Positions 25,341 through 32,681 of a DNA stretch of 32,681 nucleotides are shown piece by piece. This DNA is from Elusimicrobiaceae bacterium. Its GTDB lineage: Bacteria > Elusimicrobiota > Elusimicrobia > Elusimicrobiales > Elusimicrobiaceae. The position numbers and the translations under genes were made by a program. Location of the stretch: contig JAZKZM010000219.1 in NCBI GenBank assembly GCA_045612685.1, positions 1 through 32,681 on the forward strand, given 5' to 3'. The stretch's first letter is position 1, and each line of letters begins with the position of its first letter. The notes under the pieces are model-generated. The model saw only the letters and a list, made by a program, of their open reading frames with translations, made no database searches and had not been told where the DNA came from.

Positions 25341-26864
25341 ATGGAAAGCAAAAAAATTGTAATGATGCCGTTGGATAGCATTATACCTTACGGCAACAAT
25401 CCCCGTGTTAACGATGGGGCGGTGGAAATGGTAGCGCAAAGCATTAAAGATTTTGGCTTTAAAAATCCCATTATCGTTGATAAAAATAATGTTATTATTG
25501 CAGGCCATACGAGGTTAAAGGCGGCCTATAAATTAGGCTTGACCGTTGCGCCCGTGATCGTTGCAGATGATCTTGACGAGGACAAAGTAAAAGCATTTAG
25601 GTTGGTGGACAACCGCACGGCCGAGGTTGCGGCGTGGGATTTTGCAAAGCTGGAGGCAGAGCTAGCCGCAATAGAGATGCCGTTAGATGCTTTTGATTTT
25701 GATTTTGAAAGTATGGGCTTTGAGGCGGCGGCCGATGATCCTAAAGAAATTATTGAGGATGATGCGCCAGAGGTAGACGAGGAGAGCGAGCCTATTTGCA
25801 AGCTCGGTGATATTTGGCAGCTTGGCGAGCATCGGCTTATGTGCGGTGATAGCACAGATGCCGAAACGGTTGCAAGGCTGATGAACGGTGCAAAGGCCGA
25901 TCTTGTTTTTACAGATCCTCCCTACGGGATGAAGAAAGAGAAAGACGGAGTATTAAACGATAACCTAAACTTTGATGATTTGCTTGAATTTAATAAGCAA
26001 TGGATACCTTTAACTTTTGATGCGCTAAAGGATAACGGGAGCTGGTATTGTTGGGGGATTGATGAGCCTCTAATGGATATTTACGCATTTATTTTGAAAC
26101 CGATGATGCGTGCAAATAAAATTACTTTTAGAAACTTTATAACTTGGAAAAAACAAAATGACAACCCCACGATGCTTTTTAACGGCGCTTGTTCTTCTAA
26201 CAATAGAAGCTTTTACACGAACGAAAAATGCCTTTTTGTTATGTGCGGCGTGCAAGGCTTTAATAATAATAAAGATCATTATGATGAAACTTTTGAGGGC
26301 GTGCGTGCTTATTTAGAGGGGGAGGCAAAACGGGTAGGCTTAACTAGCAAACTGCTAACCGAAATAACGGGCGTGCAGATGTACGGGCATTGGTTTACAA
26401 AAAGCCAGTTTACTATTATACCAGAGGCGCATTATAAAAAGTTACAAGAACATTATAACGGCAAGGCTTTTGCTATGCCTTATAATGAGTTGCAAAATCT
26501 TTTTAATGCAAAAGAACACGAAACGCTAAAAGCGGCAGTTATGGCAAAGCGTGCATACTTTGACGGAACGGCAACGCAATGCATCGATGTTTGGGTTAGC
26601 GATGTAACGAGCCAAAAAGAAAGAGAGTTTAGCGGCGGGCACGCAACACCAAAGCCTATTGCTATTTGTGAAAGAGGCATTAAATCAAGCAGCCGAGAGG
26701 GGGAAATAGTGCTTGATGTTTTCGGCGGTAGCGGTAGCACGCTTATTGCTTGCGAACAATTAAACCGCAAGTGCTATATGATGGAGCTTGATCCTAAATA
26801 TTGCGATGTTATTATAAAGCGCTGGGAAACCTTGACGGGCAAAAAAGCGGTTTTGTGTGAATGA
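25341..26864 (+). CDS. ParB-like nuclease domain fused to a DNA methyltransferase
   Basis: N-terminus NPRVND...IIAGHTRL (ParB/Srx). C-terminus FTDPPYG and LDVFGGSGST. Confidence 0.85.
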   Translation: MESKKIVMMPLDSIIPYGNNPRVNDGAVEMVAQSIKDFGFKNPIIVDKNNVIIAGHTRLKAAYKLGLTVAPVIVADDLDEDKVKAFRLVDNRTAEVAAWDFAKLEAELAAIEMPLDAFDFDFESMGFEAAADDPKEIIEDDAPEVDEESEPICKLGDIWQLGEHRLMCGDSTDAETVARLMNGAKADLVFTDPPYGMKKEKDGVLNDNLNFDDLLEFNKQWIPLTFDALKDNGSWYCWGIDEPLMDIYAFILKPMMRANKITFRNFITWKKQNDNPTMLFNGACSSNNRSFYTNEKCLFVMCGVQGFNNNKDHYDETFEGVRAYLEGEAKRVGLTSKLLTEITGVQMYGHWFTKSQFTIIPEAHYKKLQEHYNGKAFAMPYNELQNLFNAKEHETLKAAVMAKRAYFDGTATQCIDVWVSDVTSQKEREFSGGHATPKPIAICERGIKSSSREGEIVLDVFGGSGSTLIACEQLNRKCYMMELDPKYCDVIIKRWETLTGKKAVLCE

Positions 26865-26910
26865 TTGAGCATAAAGCTCTACAAGCAATTTATCTTTTGT
26901 TTAACGCATA

Positions 26911-26974
26911 CTTGCACGCTAAATGCAAAATAGCGTGCAAGGTGCGTGCAAGATTGGTATAAGATGCGTGCAAG
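26911..26974. repeat. Four GCGTGCAAG sites (one inverted) with starts at 26911, 26933, 26944 and 26966, spaced 22, 11 and 22 bp
   Basis: Read directly. Two copies extend to TGCGTGCAAGATT. They lie upstream of the endolysin gene, and TATACT is at 26983-26988. Confidence 0.8.
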
Positions 26975-27029
26975 ATTATCAGTATACTATCAATCTTTTG
27001 CGCAAATAATTCATAAAGGGAGCGATAAT

Positions 27030-27533
27030 ATGGCAAAAGTGGTAATTAACGCTGGACATACGAAGATAGGCACGGGGAGAGGGGCAAGCGGTCATTTGAA
27101 CGAAAGCGCCGAAACGAGAAAGATAGCTTACGAGCTTATGAAATTATTAGCCGATAGCAAGCACGAGGTAATCCCAGCCGTTTACGATAAATCGGCCAAC
27201 AATCTAAAAGAGGCGGTGCAGCTTGCCAATAACAAGGCCGCCGATCTGTTTGTAAGCATTCATTTGAACGCTGGCGGCGGTACAGGATGCGAGGCTTACA
27301 CTTGGCAAGGGCAGCAAGTGCCGCAAGCGGTAAAGGCGTGCTCTTACCTTAAAAAGCTTGGCTTTAAAAACCGAGGCATTAAAAACGGTAGCGGTATGTA
27401 TGTAATCAAACATACCAAATGCACGGCTATTTTAATAGAGGTGTGCTTTGTTGATAATGCGGCCGATGCCGATCTATACAAGCAAATTGGTTGCGGCCAG
27501 ATCGCAAAGGCCATTTGCAACGCAATTGTTTAA
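27030..27533 (+). CDS. N-acetylmuramoyl-L-alanine amidase endolysin (Amidase_3, catalytic domain only)
   Basis: Contains VVINAGHT...DLFVSIHLNAGGG...ILIEVCFVDN. ATG 27030 follows AAAGGGAG. The track start at 26946 would translate the repeat array. Confidence 0.85.
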   Translation: MAKVVINAGHTKIGTGRGASGHLNESAETRKIAYELMKLLADSKHEVIPAVYDKSANNLKEAVQLANNKAADLFVSIHLNAGGGTGCEAYTWQGQQVPQAVKACSYLKKLGFKNRGIKNGSGMYVIKHTKCTAILIEVCFVDNAADADLYKQIGCGQIAKAICNAIV

Positions 27534-27552
27534 AAAATATTTTTGTAATATA

Positions 27553-27581
27553 TTGACAAATTAAAATTATTGTACTATACT
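27553..27581 (+). promoter_or_regulatory. Consensus-like sigma-A promoter: TTGACA, 17-nt spacer, TATACT, flanked by TTGTA(A/C)TATA repeats
   Basis: -35 at 27553-27558 and -10 at 27576-27581. TTGTAATATA at 27543-27552, TTGTACTATA at 27570-27579 and TTGTAAAATA at 27586-27595. Confidence 0.6.
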
Positions 27582-27613
27582 ATATTTGTAAAATAATGTA
27601 AAGGGTGGTAAAT

Positions 27614-28108
27614 ATGGGCAAGAGGGGAGCAAAAAGCAAATACGAGCGCCTCGTGCAACCATACCTAACCGAGATCAATAAAAAGGTGCGAGAGGGGGTA
27701 ACCGAGGCCGAAATAGCAAAGAGCTTGGGCATATCGGTTGCCTCTCTTAACAATTACCGAAACCAGCACCCAGAGTTTGCCGAGGCATTAAGCAAAGATA
27801 AGGGCGCAGATGTATTAAACGCTTTAACCAATGCGGGCATTGAGAGCGCAATAGGCTATTACCGAGATATTGAAACAACGGTTATTATACTTGATGAAGA
27901 TGGAAAACCGACCAAGCGGCAAAAGACAATACAAAAGCAATGGTTTCCAGCAAACGCAGCGCTTAACAAGTTTTATGCGCAGATATTTGGCAAGGATCAA
28001 GGCTACACAAGCGATCCGTTAGCGCACGAGTTTAGGGTGCGTAGGCAAGAATTTGAGGAAGAATTGGAACGGCGCAAAAACTGGTTTTTATTTACCGATA
28101 AAAAATAA
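27614..28108 (+). CDS. HTH DNA-binding protein resembling HTH-type small terminase subunits (possible regulator or second terS)
   Basis: Contains GAKSKYERLVQPYL...GVTEAEIAKSLGISVASLNNYRNQHPEFAEAL. ATG 27614 follows AAAGGGTGG. Confidence 0.45.
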   Translation: MGKRGAKSKYERLVQPYLTEINKKVREGVTEAEIAKSLGISVASLNNYRNQHPEFAEALSKDKGADVLNALTNAGIESAIGYYRDIETTVIILDEDGKPTKRQKTIQKQWFPANAALNKFYAQIFGKDQGYTSDPLAHEFRVRRQEFEEELERRKNWFLFTDKK

Positions 28109-28146
28109 TTTTAGAATTATTAGAGCTTTATAGGGGGGGCGGCGAT

Positions 28147-28287
28147 ATGCTAAAAAAGTTTATGACTTTTGTATTTATTGCAAGCACCTCGGCCAGCATT
28201 GGCGTTATAGTGTTGCTTATTCTAACTTTCCTCTACCCAGATAATGCGGCCAAGGCCGTTGAGATCGTGAGAGGCTTTTTGCCGTGA
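28147..28287 (+). CDS. Small single-pass membrane protein (46 aa, not in track), holin candidate
   Basis: MLKKFMTFVFIASTSASIGVIVLLILTFLYPDNAAKAVEIVRGFLP. SD AGGGGGGG upstream; GTGA overlap with the next gene. Confidence 0.5.
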   Translation: MLKKFMTFVFIASTSASIGVIVLLILTFLYPDNAAKAVEIVRGFLP

Positions 28288-29186
28288 TTGAGTTTATAAA
28301 AAAGTATTGGGATATTCTCTTTGGGGCGGCGGTAGGGGTAGGATTGGCGGCAATAGAGAAATTTGAGCTAGAAAGCGTGCAGCTCGTTTACTCTGTTTTG
28401 ATCCTAATACTTGTAAGCATAGGATGCGCAAGGGTACTGCGGCAGGCTTTTGAAAAGAAACGGCAGCAACGCAAGCGCACGGCTATTGACAGCATAGTAG
28501 ATAGCCAACGCACGCTAAAAGCTATTAAGCTAGCACAAGCGCCCACCGAGGAGGGCGAAAAAATAGGAAAGTTTATAATTACATTTTTGGAGGGTTTGAA
28601 AATGTTTATGGATAAGGTTAGAAATTTCTTTAGCAAATTCAAGGGCTATATGCTCACCATTGCACTTGCGGTGCTTACCGTGGTTGAGATGTGCGGCGGC
28701 TTTATCAATGAGGCGCTGGGCGATGTGCTGACGGTCAACGGCATTGAGATCGTGCCAGTTGTAACGCTGGTTGCGGCCGTTATTGTTGGCTTGCTGTCTA
28801 ACGGCTACAGCAAAGAGCAGTTAGAAAAGATTAAGGCGCTCTTTAGCAAATCTAGCACAAATGAGCTTGTGCTTGAGCAGATCAAGAAAACCATTAAGGA
28901 AAAAACGGCGTTGCTTGCACAGTTTACCAAGGCGCTTGCAACACAGGAGCGAGAGCTTGAAAACATTTTGAGCGAGCTTGAAACGCTTAACAACGCATTA
29001 CAGGCGAAAAAAGAAATGTTTGGTATGATCCCGCAGCTCGCAACCGAGGCCGATGTGCAGCTTGCGCAAAACGAGGTTATTAACTGCCAGAGCCGCCGAG
29101 AGGCTAAAAAGGCAGAGATTGCCGACACCAAGGCAACCATTGAAAACCTTACCACCACCATTAACGCTTTGAGAAGCCAGCTTTAA
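28284..29186 (+). CDS. Four-TM membrane protein with about 125-aa C-terminal coiled coil; in-frame internal SD and ATG-TTT-ATG at 28602
   Basis: Hydrophobic segments at about aa 11-24, 32-52, 122-141 and 157-173. Heptad-rich C-terminus. GGAGGG at 28589-28594 lies 7 nt before ATG 28602. Confidence 0.6.
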   Translation: MIEFIKKYWDILFGAAVGVGLAAIEKFELESVQLVYSVLILILVSIGCARVLRQAFEKKRQQRKRTAIDSIVDSQRTLKAIKLAQAPTEEGEKIGKFIITFLEGLKMFMDKVRNFFSKFKGYMLTIALAVLTVVEMCGGFINEALGDVLTVNGIEIVPVVTLVAAVIVGLLSNGYSKEQLEKIKALFSKSSTNELVLEQIKKTIKEKTALLAQFTKALATQERELENILSELETLNNALQAKKEMFGMIPQLATEADVQLAQNEVINCQSRREAKKAEIADTKATIENLTTTINALRSQL

Positions 29187-29197
29187 GGAGGCATAAA

Positions 29198-29419
29198 ATG
29201 AAAGAGATTTTTGAAAGAAAGATTGAGGAATTGGAGCGAGAGGTAGCATATCACCACGAGCAGCTTACAAAGGCAACCGCAAAGCTTGACCTTTTGCACG
29301 AGCTGATCGGTGAGGAAAACGCTTTTTTCTCTGCTACCGATACCGAAACGAACGAGGAAACAACCGAGGCAACGGGCGAGGAGTTAGCGCCCGATCCTAT
29401 GGCAAGCTCGGTGTTTTAA
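29198..29419 (+). CDS. Small acidic coiled-coil protein (73 aa)
   Basis: ORF with SD AAGGAGG; Glu/Thr-rich C-terminus. Confidence 0.5.
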   Translation: MKEIFERKIEELEREVAYHHEQLTKATAKLDLLHELIGEENAFFSATDTETNEETTEATGEELAPDPMASSVF

Positions 29420-29420
29420 T

Positions 29421-30167
29421 TTGCGGCGCTATGAAAGCCTTGCGCAGTTTTACAACGGCGCTGATTGGGCTTTTTGCAAAAATCAAGTTACGCAAGAACG
29501 GCTAAAGGATGGCGCTTTATATTGTGAGCGTTGCGGCGGGATTATCTTAAAAAGCTTTAATCCTAATGCAAATAACAATAAAAGCGCCGCCGTATTTCAC
29601 CACAAAATTTACTTAACGCTTGACAATGTAAACGATGCCTCTATTTCAATCAATCCCGCAAATATAGCGGTTTTGCATTGGAGCTGCCATAACGAGGAGC
29701 ACAACCGTTTTAACGGCGTAGCCGTGGCGATCGAGCGCAAGGTATACATTGTTACAGGCGCACCGTGTAGCGGCAAAACAACCTTTGCACGGGAACGGCT
29801 GGCCGAGGGCGATATTTTGCTAGATATAGATGATATTTGGCAGACGGTTAGCGGCCAGCCACGCTACACCAAACCGAACGCATTAAAGCCTATTGTGTTT
29901 AATTTGCGTTTGGCATTAAAAGAGCAGATCGCTAAAGGCGCTGGTAGCTGGCGCAATGCTTTCATTATTGAGAGCTTGCCTTTGGCTACAGATCGCAAGC
30001 GAGAGGCCGAGCGCTACAGGGCGCATAACACAGAAATTATAACGATGGAGGCAACCCGTGAGGAGTGCCTTAATAGGCTTTATGCGATGCCAAACGGCAG
30101 AGATATTAAGGCCTATGAGAATTTTATAAACAATTACTTTGAAGAATACACGCAAGGCGAATTTTAG
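29421..30167 (+). CDS. HNH endonuclease fused to a P-loop kinase-like (AAA_33/PNK-like) domain
   Basis: The N-terminus has CERCGG...FHHK...HWSCHNEEH. The C-terminus has the Walker A motif VTGAPCSGKTT. TTG start. Confidence 0.7.
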   Translation: MRRYESLAQFYNGADWAFCKNQVTQERLKDGALYCERCGGIILKSFNPNANNNKSAAVFHHKIYLTLDNVNDASISINPANIAVLHWSCHNEEHNRFNGVAVAIERKVYIVTGAPCSGKTTFARERLAEGDILLDIDDIWQTVSGQPRYTKPNALKPIVFNLRLALKEQIAKGAGSWRNAFIIESLPLATDRKREAERYRAHNTEIITMEATREECLNRLYAMPNGRDIKAYENFINNYFEEYTQGEF

Positions 30168-30178
30168 GAGGGTAACAG

Positions 30179-30940
30179 ATGGCAACGCCTACCGTTTATG
30201 TTATTTGCGATAATAATTGCAAATTTGAAAGTATGACAAAAGAGCAAATTTATACCGCAATTATGCAAGCCGTGGAAACTGGCAAAATTAGCGATATAAA
30301 TACAGGCTTTGTATCTACCATTAAAACGATCACCAACCAGCCCTTGCGTTTTTTTGTAGGTACGCAAGCGCAATATAACGGACTTGCAGAGGCTGCCAAG
30401 GAAAACCTTTTTGCGATTATCACAGACGATACCACAAAAGAGGGCATTATCAATTTGCTAAATGATTTGATTGCACGGGCAACCTCGTTGGAAAACCGAG
30501 CAACGGCGCTGGAGGGCAAAGCCGATAAACTAGAGCCAGCCGTTAGCACTCTGCAAACCGAGATGCGAACGGCTAACGCCAATATTGATGATCTTAGCGA
30601 AAACGCCTTAATGGGTGGTTGTATCTACAAAGGCGAAACCAAAACCGAGGGCGGTTACACGGTAATTACAAGAGATTTTGCCAAGGGCAGCTTGATGCTT
30701 TTGCACGGCGATGTTGGTGAATTTAAGTATGCCGTAGGCGGAAAGATCACGGGGCTTGGATATAAAGGGGCTTATGGTGATGTTTTAGAAACGCCATATA
30801 TAAACGGATCTTATAAATATGCGATTGCTGGCGAGTGGCTTGTTATTGGAAGATTTTCAAATACAGAGGCTATATATATTAGCACTAACGAGGGGCATAA
30901 AAGAACAACTTACCCTTATTACCTTATCCAAAGAATTTAA
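30179..30940 (+). CDS. Tail-fibre-like protein (fibre N-terminal motif plus coiled coil)
   Basis: The pattern FVGTQAQYNGL...NLFAIITDD is typical of phage fibre N-termini. It is followed by a coiled coil and a small C-terminal domain. Confidence 0.55.
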   Translation: MATPTVYVICDNNCKFESMTKEQIYTAIMQAVETGKISDINTGFVSTIKTITNQPLRFFVGTQAQYNGLAEAAKENLFAIITDDTTKEGIINLLNDLIARATSLENRATALEGKADKLEPAVSTLQTEMRTANANIDDLSENALMGGCIYKGETKTEGGYTVITRDFAKGSLMLLHGDVGEFKYAVGGKITGLGYKGAYGDVLETPYINGSYKYAIAGEWLVIGRFSNTEAIYISTNEGHKRTTYPYYLIQRI

Positions 30941-30952
30941 GGAGGCTAACCG

Positions 30953-32290
30953 ATGGCTTATATAAACGGCAACGAGGTGCTTTTTAGTGCAGCGGTTACA
31001 CCCGTTGCAAATAATATTGATGTGGTACAAGGCACGGGCGATAGCGCCGAGGCGGTTATGTCGCAAAAGGCGGTTACCGCAGAGCTTTGCAAGATCGGTG
31101 CAAAGGTTGCCAATTTGGAAAGCGTGGCAAGGGGCGTGGCGTTTGAATTTGAAACCGATGATAGCGTAGGCTATCAAAAGTTTGTACCGACCAAGGCCGC
31201 ACCATTTGCGATGCTTGACCGAGTAGGGAGCGCAAGCGTTAGAAAGCTTGTAGGCGAAACTTGGGAATTGACCGAGAACAAGCCCACCGCCTTGCGTGCG
31301 ATGAGCAAAAACCTTTTGGATTTTTCGCAACAGCCGTGGTTTGTAAAGCAAGCGGATGGTACTTGGCTTTGCGAGGGGAGCAACTACCCTAATACAACCA
31401 TCATTCTCCCTCTAAATTTGCCCGTTGGCACTTACACACTTACAAGCACATTCAAGGGCAACACTGGATTAAATTACCGAGTTAGAGTTTATTGTGCAGA
31501 TGGTACGAACCAAGACACTTATATATCATCTAACGGTGATTGGCTCACTAAATCCATTACGGTTGAGAACAAAGCGATCATAGGTTGGGGCCTTTATTAT
31601 TCCGATCAAGGCTTAAACACGCAAAGATGGTTTAAGAATGTTCAATTAGAGCGAGGAGAAACCGCCACCGAGTATGTACCTTATGGCGAAATCAGCACCA
31701 CGCCTATCACCGACCTCTCCGACCTTGACGGATGGGGGCAAGGCGTGCCGAGCGTAGGCGGTAATTACATTGAGTTTACCGATGATGGGCGAGTGCTGTA
31801 TCAGCGGACTACCGAGAGAATTGTGCTGTCTGGTCAAGAGAGGTGGCACACATCACAAGCCACGGATGGGGTAACCTCATTAGGCAACCGCTTTTATGTG
31901 CAATTGACGCAACTGTCGCAGTTTATCAATGCCGCTATTCTTGTTCCAAGCCTTTGCAACGCATACGAAACACTAACAGGCAACGAAACCTATAAAGGCA
32001 TTGAGGGGGTTTCTGTTGAACGAGATAGCGCAAGATTTTACAATCCAGCCTATGCTTATGGAACTGTTGACGAGTGGAAAGCCTATGTTGCCGCACGATA
32101 TGCCGAGGGCAACCCTATCATTATCGAGTATGCGCTTGCAGAATTGCCAGCGCCTATAGATGTTACCGCACGCTTTACGGGTAGTGGCATTATTAGCGTA
32201 GAGCCTAACGGCTATATTGTAGCAGACAACGCAAACGGTGAGGCATTGCCGAGCGCCGTAACATATCAAGTGAGCTTACGGGAGGCGTGA
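30953..32290 (+). CDS. Tail-fibre / receptor-binding-like protein
   Basis: The motif VQGTGDSAEAVMSQKAVT is common in phage fibre/appendage proteins. The beta-rich C-terminal region looks like a carbohydrate-binding domain. Confidence 0.5.
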   Translation: MAYINGNEVLFSAAVTPVANNIDVVQGTGDSAEAVMSQKAVTAELCKIGAKVANLESVARGVAFEFETDDSVGYQKFVPTKAAPFAMLDRVGSASVRKLVGETWELTENKPTALRAMSKNLLDFSQQPWFVKQADGTWLCEGSNYPNTTIILPLNLPVGTYTLTSTFKGNTGLNYRVRVYCADGTNQDTYISSNGDWLTKSITVENKAIIGWGLYYSDQGLNTQRWFKNVQLERGETATEYVPYGEISTTPITDLSDLDGWGQGVPSVGGNYIEFTDDGRVLYQRTTERIVLSGQERWHTSQATDGVTSLGNRFYVQLTQLSQFINAAILVPSLCNAYETLTGNETYKGIEGVSVERDSARFYNPAYAYGTVDEWKAYVAARYAEGNPIIIEYALAELPAPIDVTARFTGSGIISVEPNGYIVADNANGEALPSAVTYQVSLREA

Positions 32291-32292
32291 CA

Positions 32293-32526
32293 ATGGCAAG
32301 CAGATATAGCACGATTAATAAAAGGCAAATAGAATTGTGCCGAGCCAACGGAACGCTTGGCGCTCTTAAAGATGAGCTAGTAGAGGAGTTGGTAGCAGAG
32401 CGCTACACGCTAAAGCAAGAGGTTGCTTTGTTACGCCAACGAGATACCAAGCCTACAGAGTTTGCCGAGTATAACGCATATGTAGAGCAATGCAAGGCAA
32501 AGGTTAAGGCATTGCTTGGCATTTAA
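32293..32526 (+). CDS. Small protein following the fibre genes (possible fibre assembly/XkdW-position protein)
   Basis: ATG 32293 follows GGGAGG; assigned by position only. Confidence 0.4.
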   Translation: MASRYSTINKRQIELCRANGTLGALKDELVEELVAERYTLKQEVALLRQRDTKPTEFAEYNAYVEQCKAKVKALLGI

Positions 32527-32681
32527 TTAACCAATAGCGCTGGGTGCGTTTTGGGCATATCTTCCTTTCTGTAGTGAAAAAACATTGTTGGCGCACAGTT
32601 TGGCTATGTTTCTTAACTGCAATTAAGTTTTTTAGGCTAAACAATCCCCCCGTTAAAAAAAATTTGGGGCGTGGGTAGGAC

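Noticed and set aside
26946-27029. N-terminal extension of the amidase from the track start at 26946
   Set aside because: It would translate the GCGTGCAAG repeat array. ATG 27030 has a proper SD and gives a typical Amidase_3 N-terminus (MAKVVINAGHT).
30953-32681. Diversity-generating retroelement targeting the fibre C-terminus
   Set aside because: There is no reverse transcriptase gene anywhere in the window. I saw no template or variable repeat pair matching the 3' end of the fibre gene.

Overview
The window reads as one complete or nearly complete temperate siphovirus-type phage genome of about 32.7 kb. It has an HK97-fold capsid and is in the phage (attP) configuration, with no host genes on either side. 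Strong AGGAGG-type ribosome-binding sites, frequent TTG starts, an Amidase_3 endolysin and YopX/ERF/G39P-like genes point to a low-GC Gram-positive (Clostridia/Bacilli-like) host, but I cannot name it.

Gene order:
- 0.1-13.6 kb (+): repeat-rich cos/pac-like region, small and large terminase, portal, prohead protease, major capsid, four head-tail connector genes, major tail protein, G/GT chaperone with a -1 frameshift, tape measure, Dit, Gp37-like hub and a receptor-binding protein.
- 13.6-15.3 kb (-): attP-like region with a bidirectional terminator, integrase, excisionase-like HTH and a short XRE/cI-type repressor.
- 15.4-26.9 kb (+): early operon with small ORFs, ERF recombinase, PD-(D/E)XK exonuclease, SSB, NinB-like, YopX, replisome organizer, G39P-like loader, orphan methyltransferase, RusA, PAPS-reductase-like protein and a ParB-methyltransferase fusion.
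- 26.9-32.5 kb (+): Amidase_3 endolysin, a terminase-small-like HTH protein behind its own consensus promoter, membrane and coiled-coil proteins, an HNH/P-loop-kinase fusion, and a second tail-fibre-like module next to the genome end.

Most interesting non-genic signals:
1. A strand-specific 16-nt motif built from three tandem pentamers (GYNMC-RNAAC-GCAAC-A). It has nine copies, all in intercistronic gaps of the early operon, the immunity switch and the terS leader.
2. A near-consensus promoter, then a roughly 135-nt GC-rich structured leader, then a strong intrinsic terminator about 20 nt upstream of the replisome-organizer start codon.
3. Four GCGTGCAAG sites phased at multiples of 11 bp upstream of the endolysin gene.
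4. A RusA gene that seems to need an ATT start codon.

All calls come from reading the sequence and recalling protein families. No searches or computations were run.
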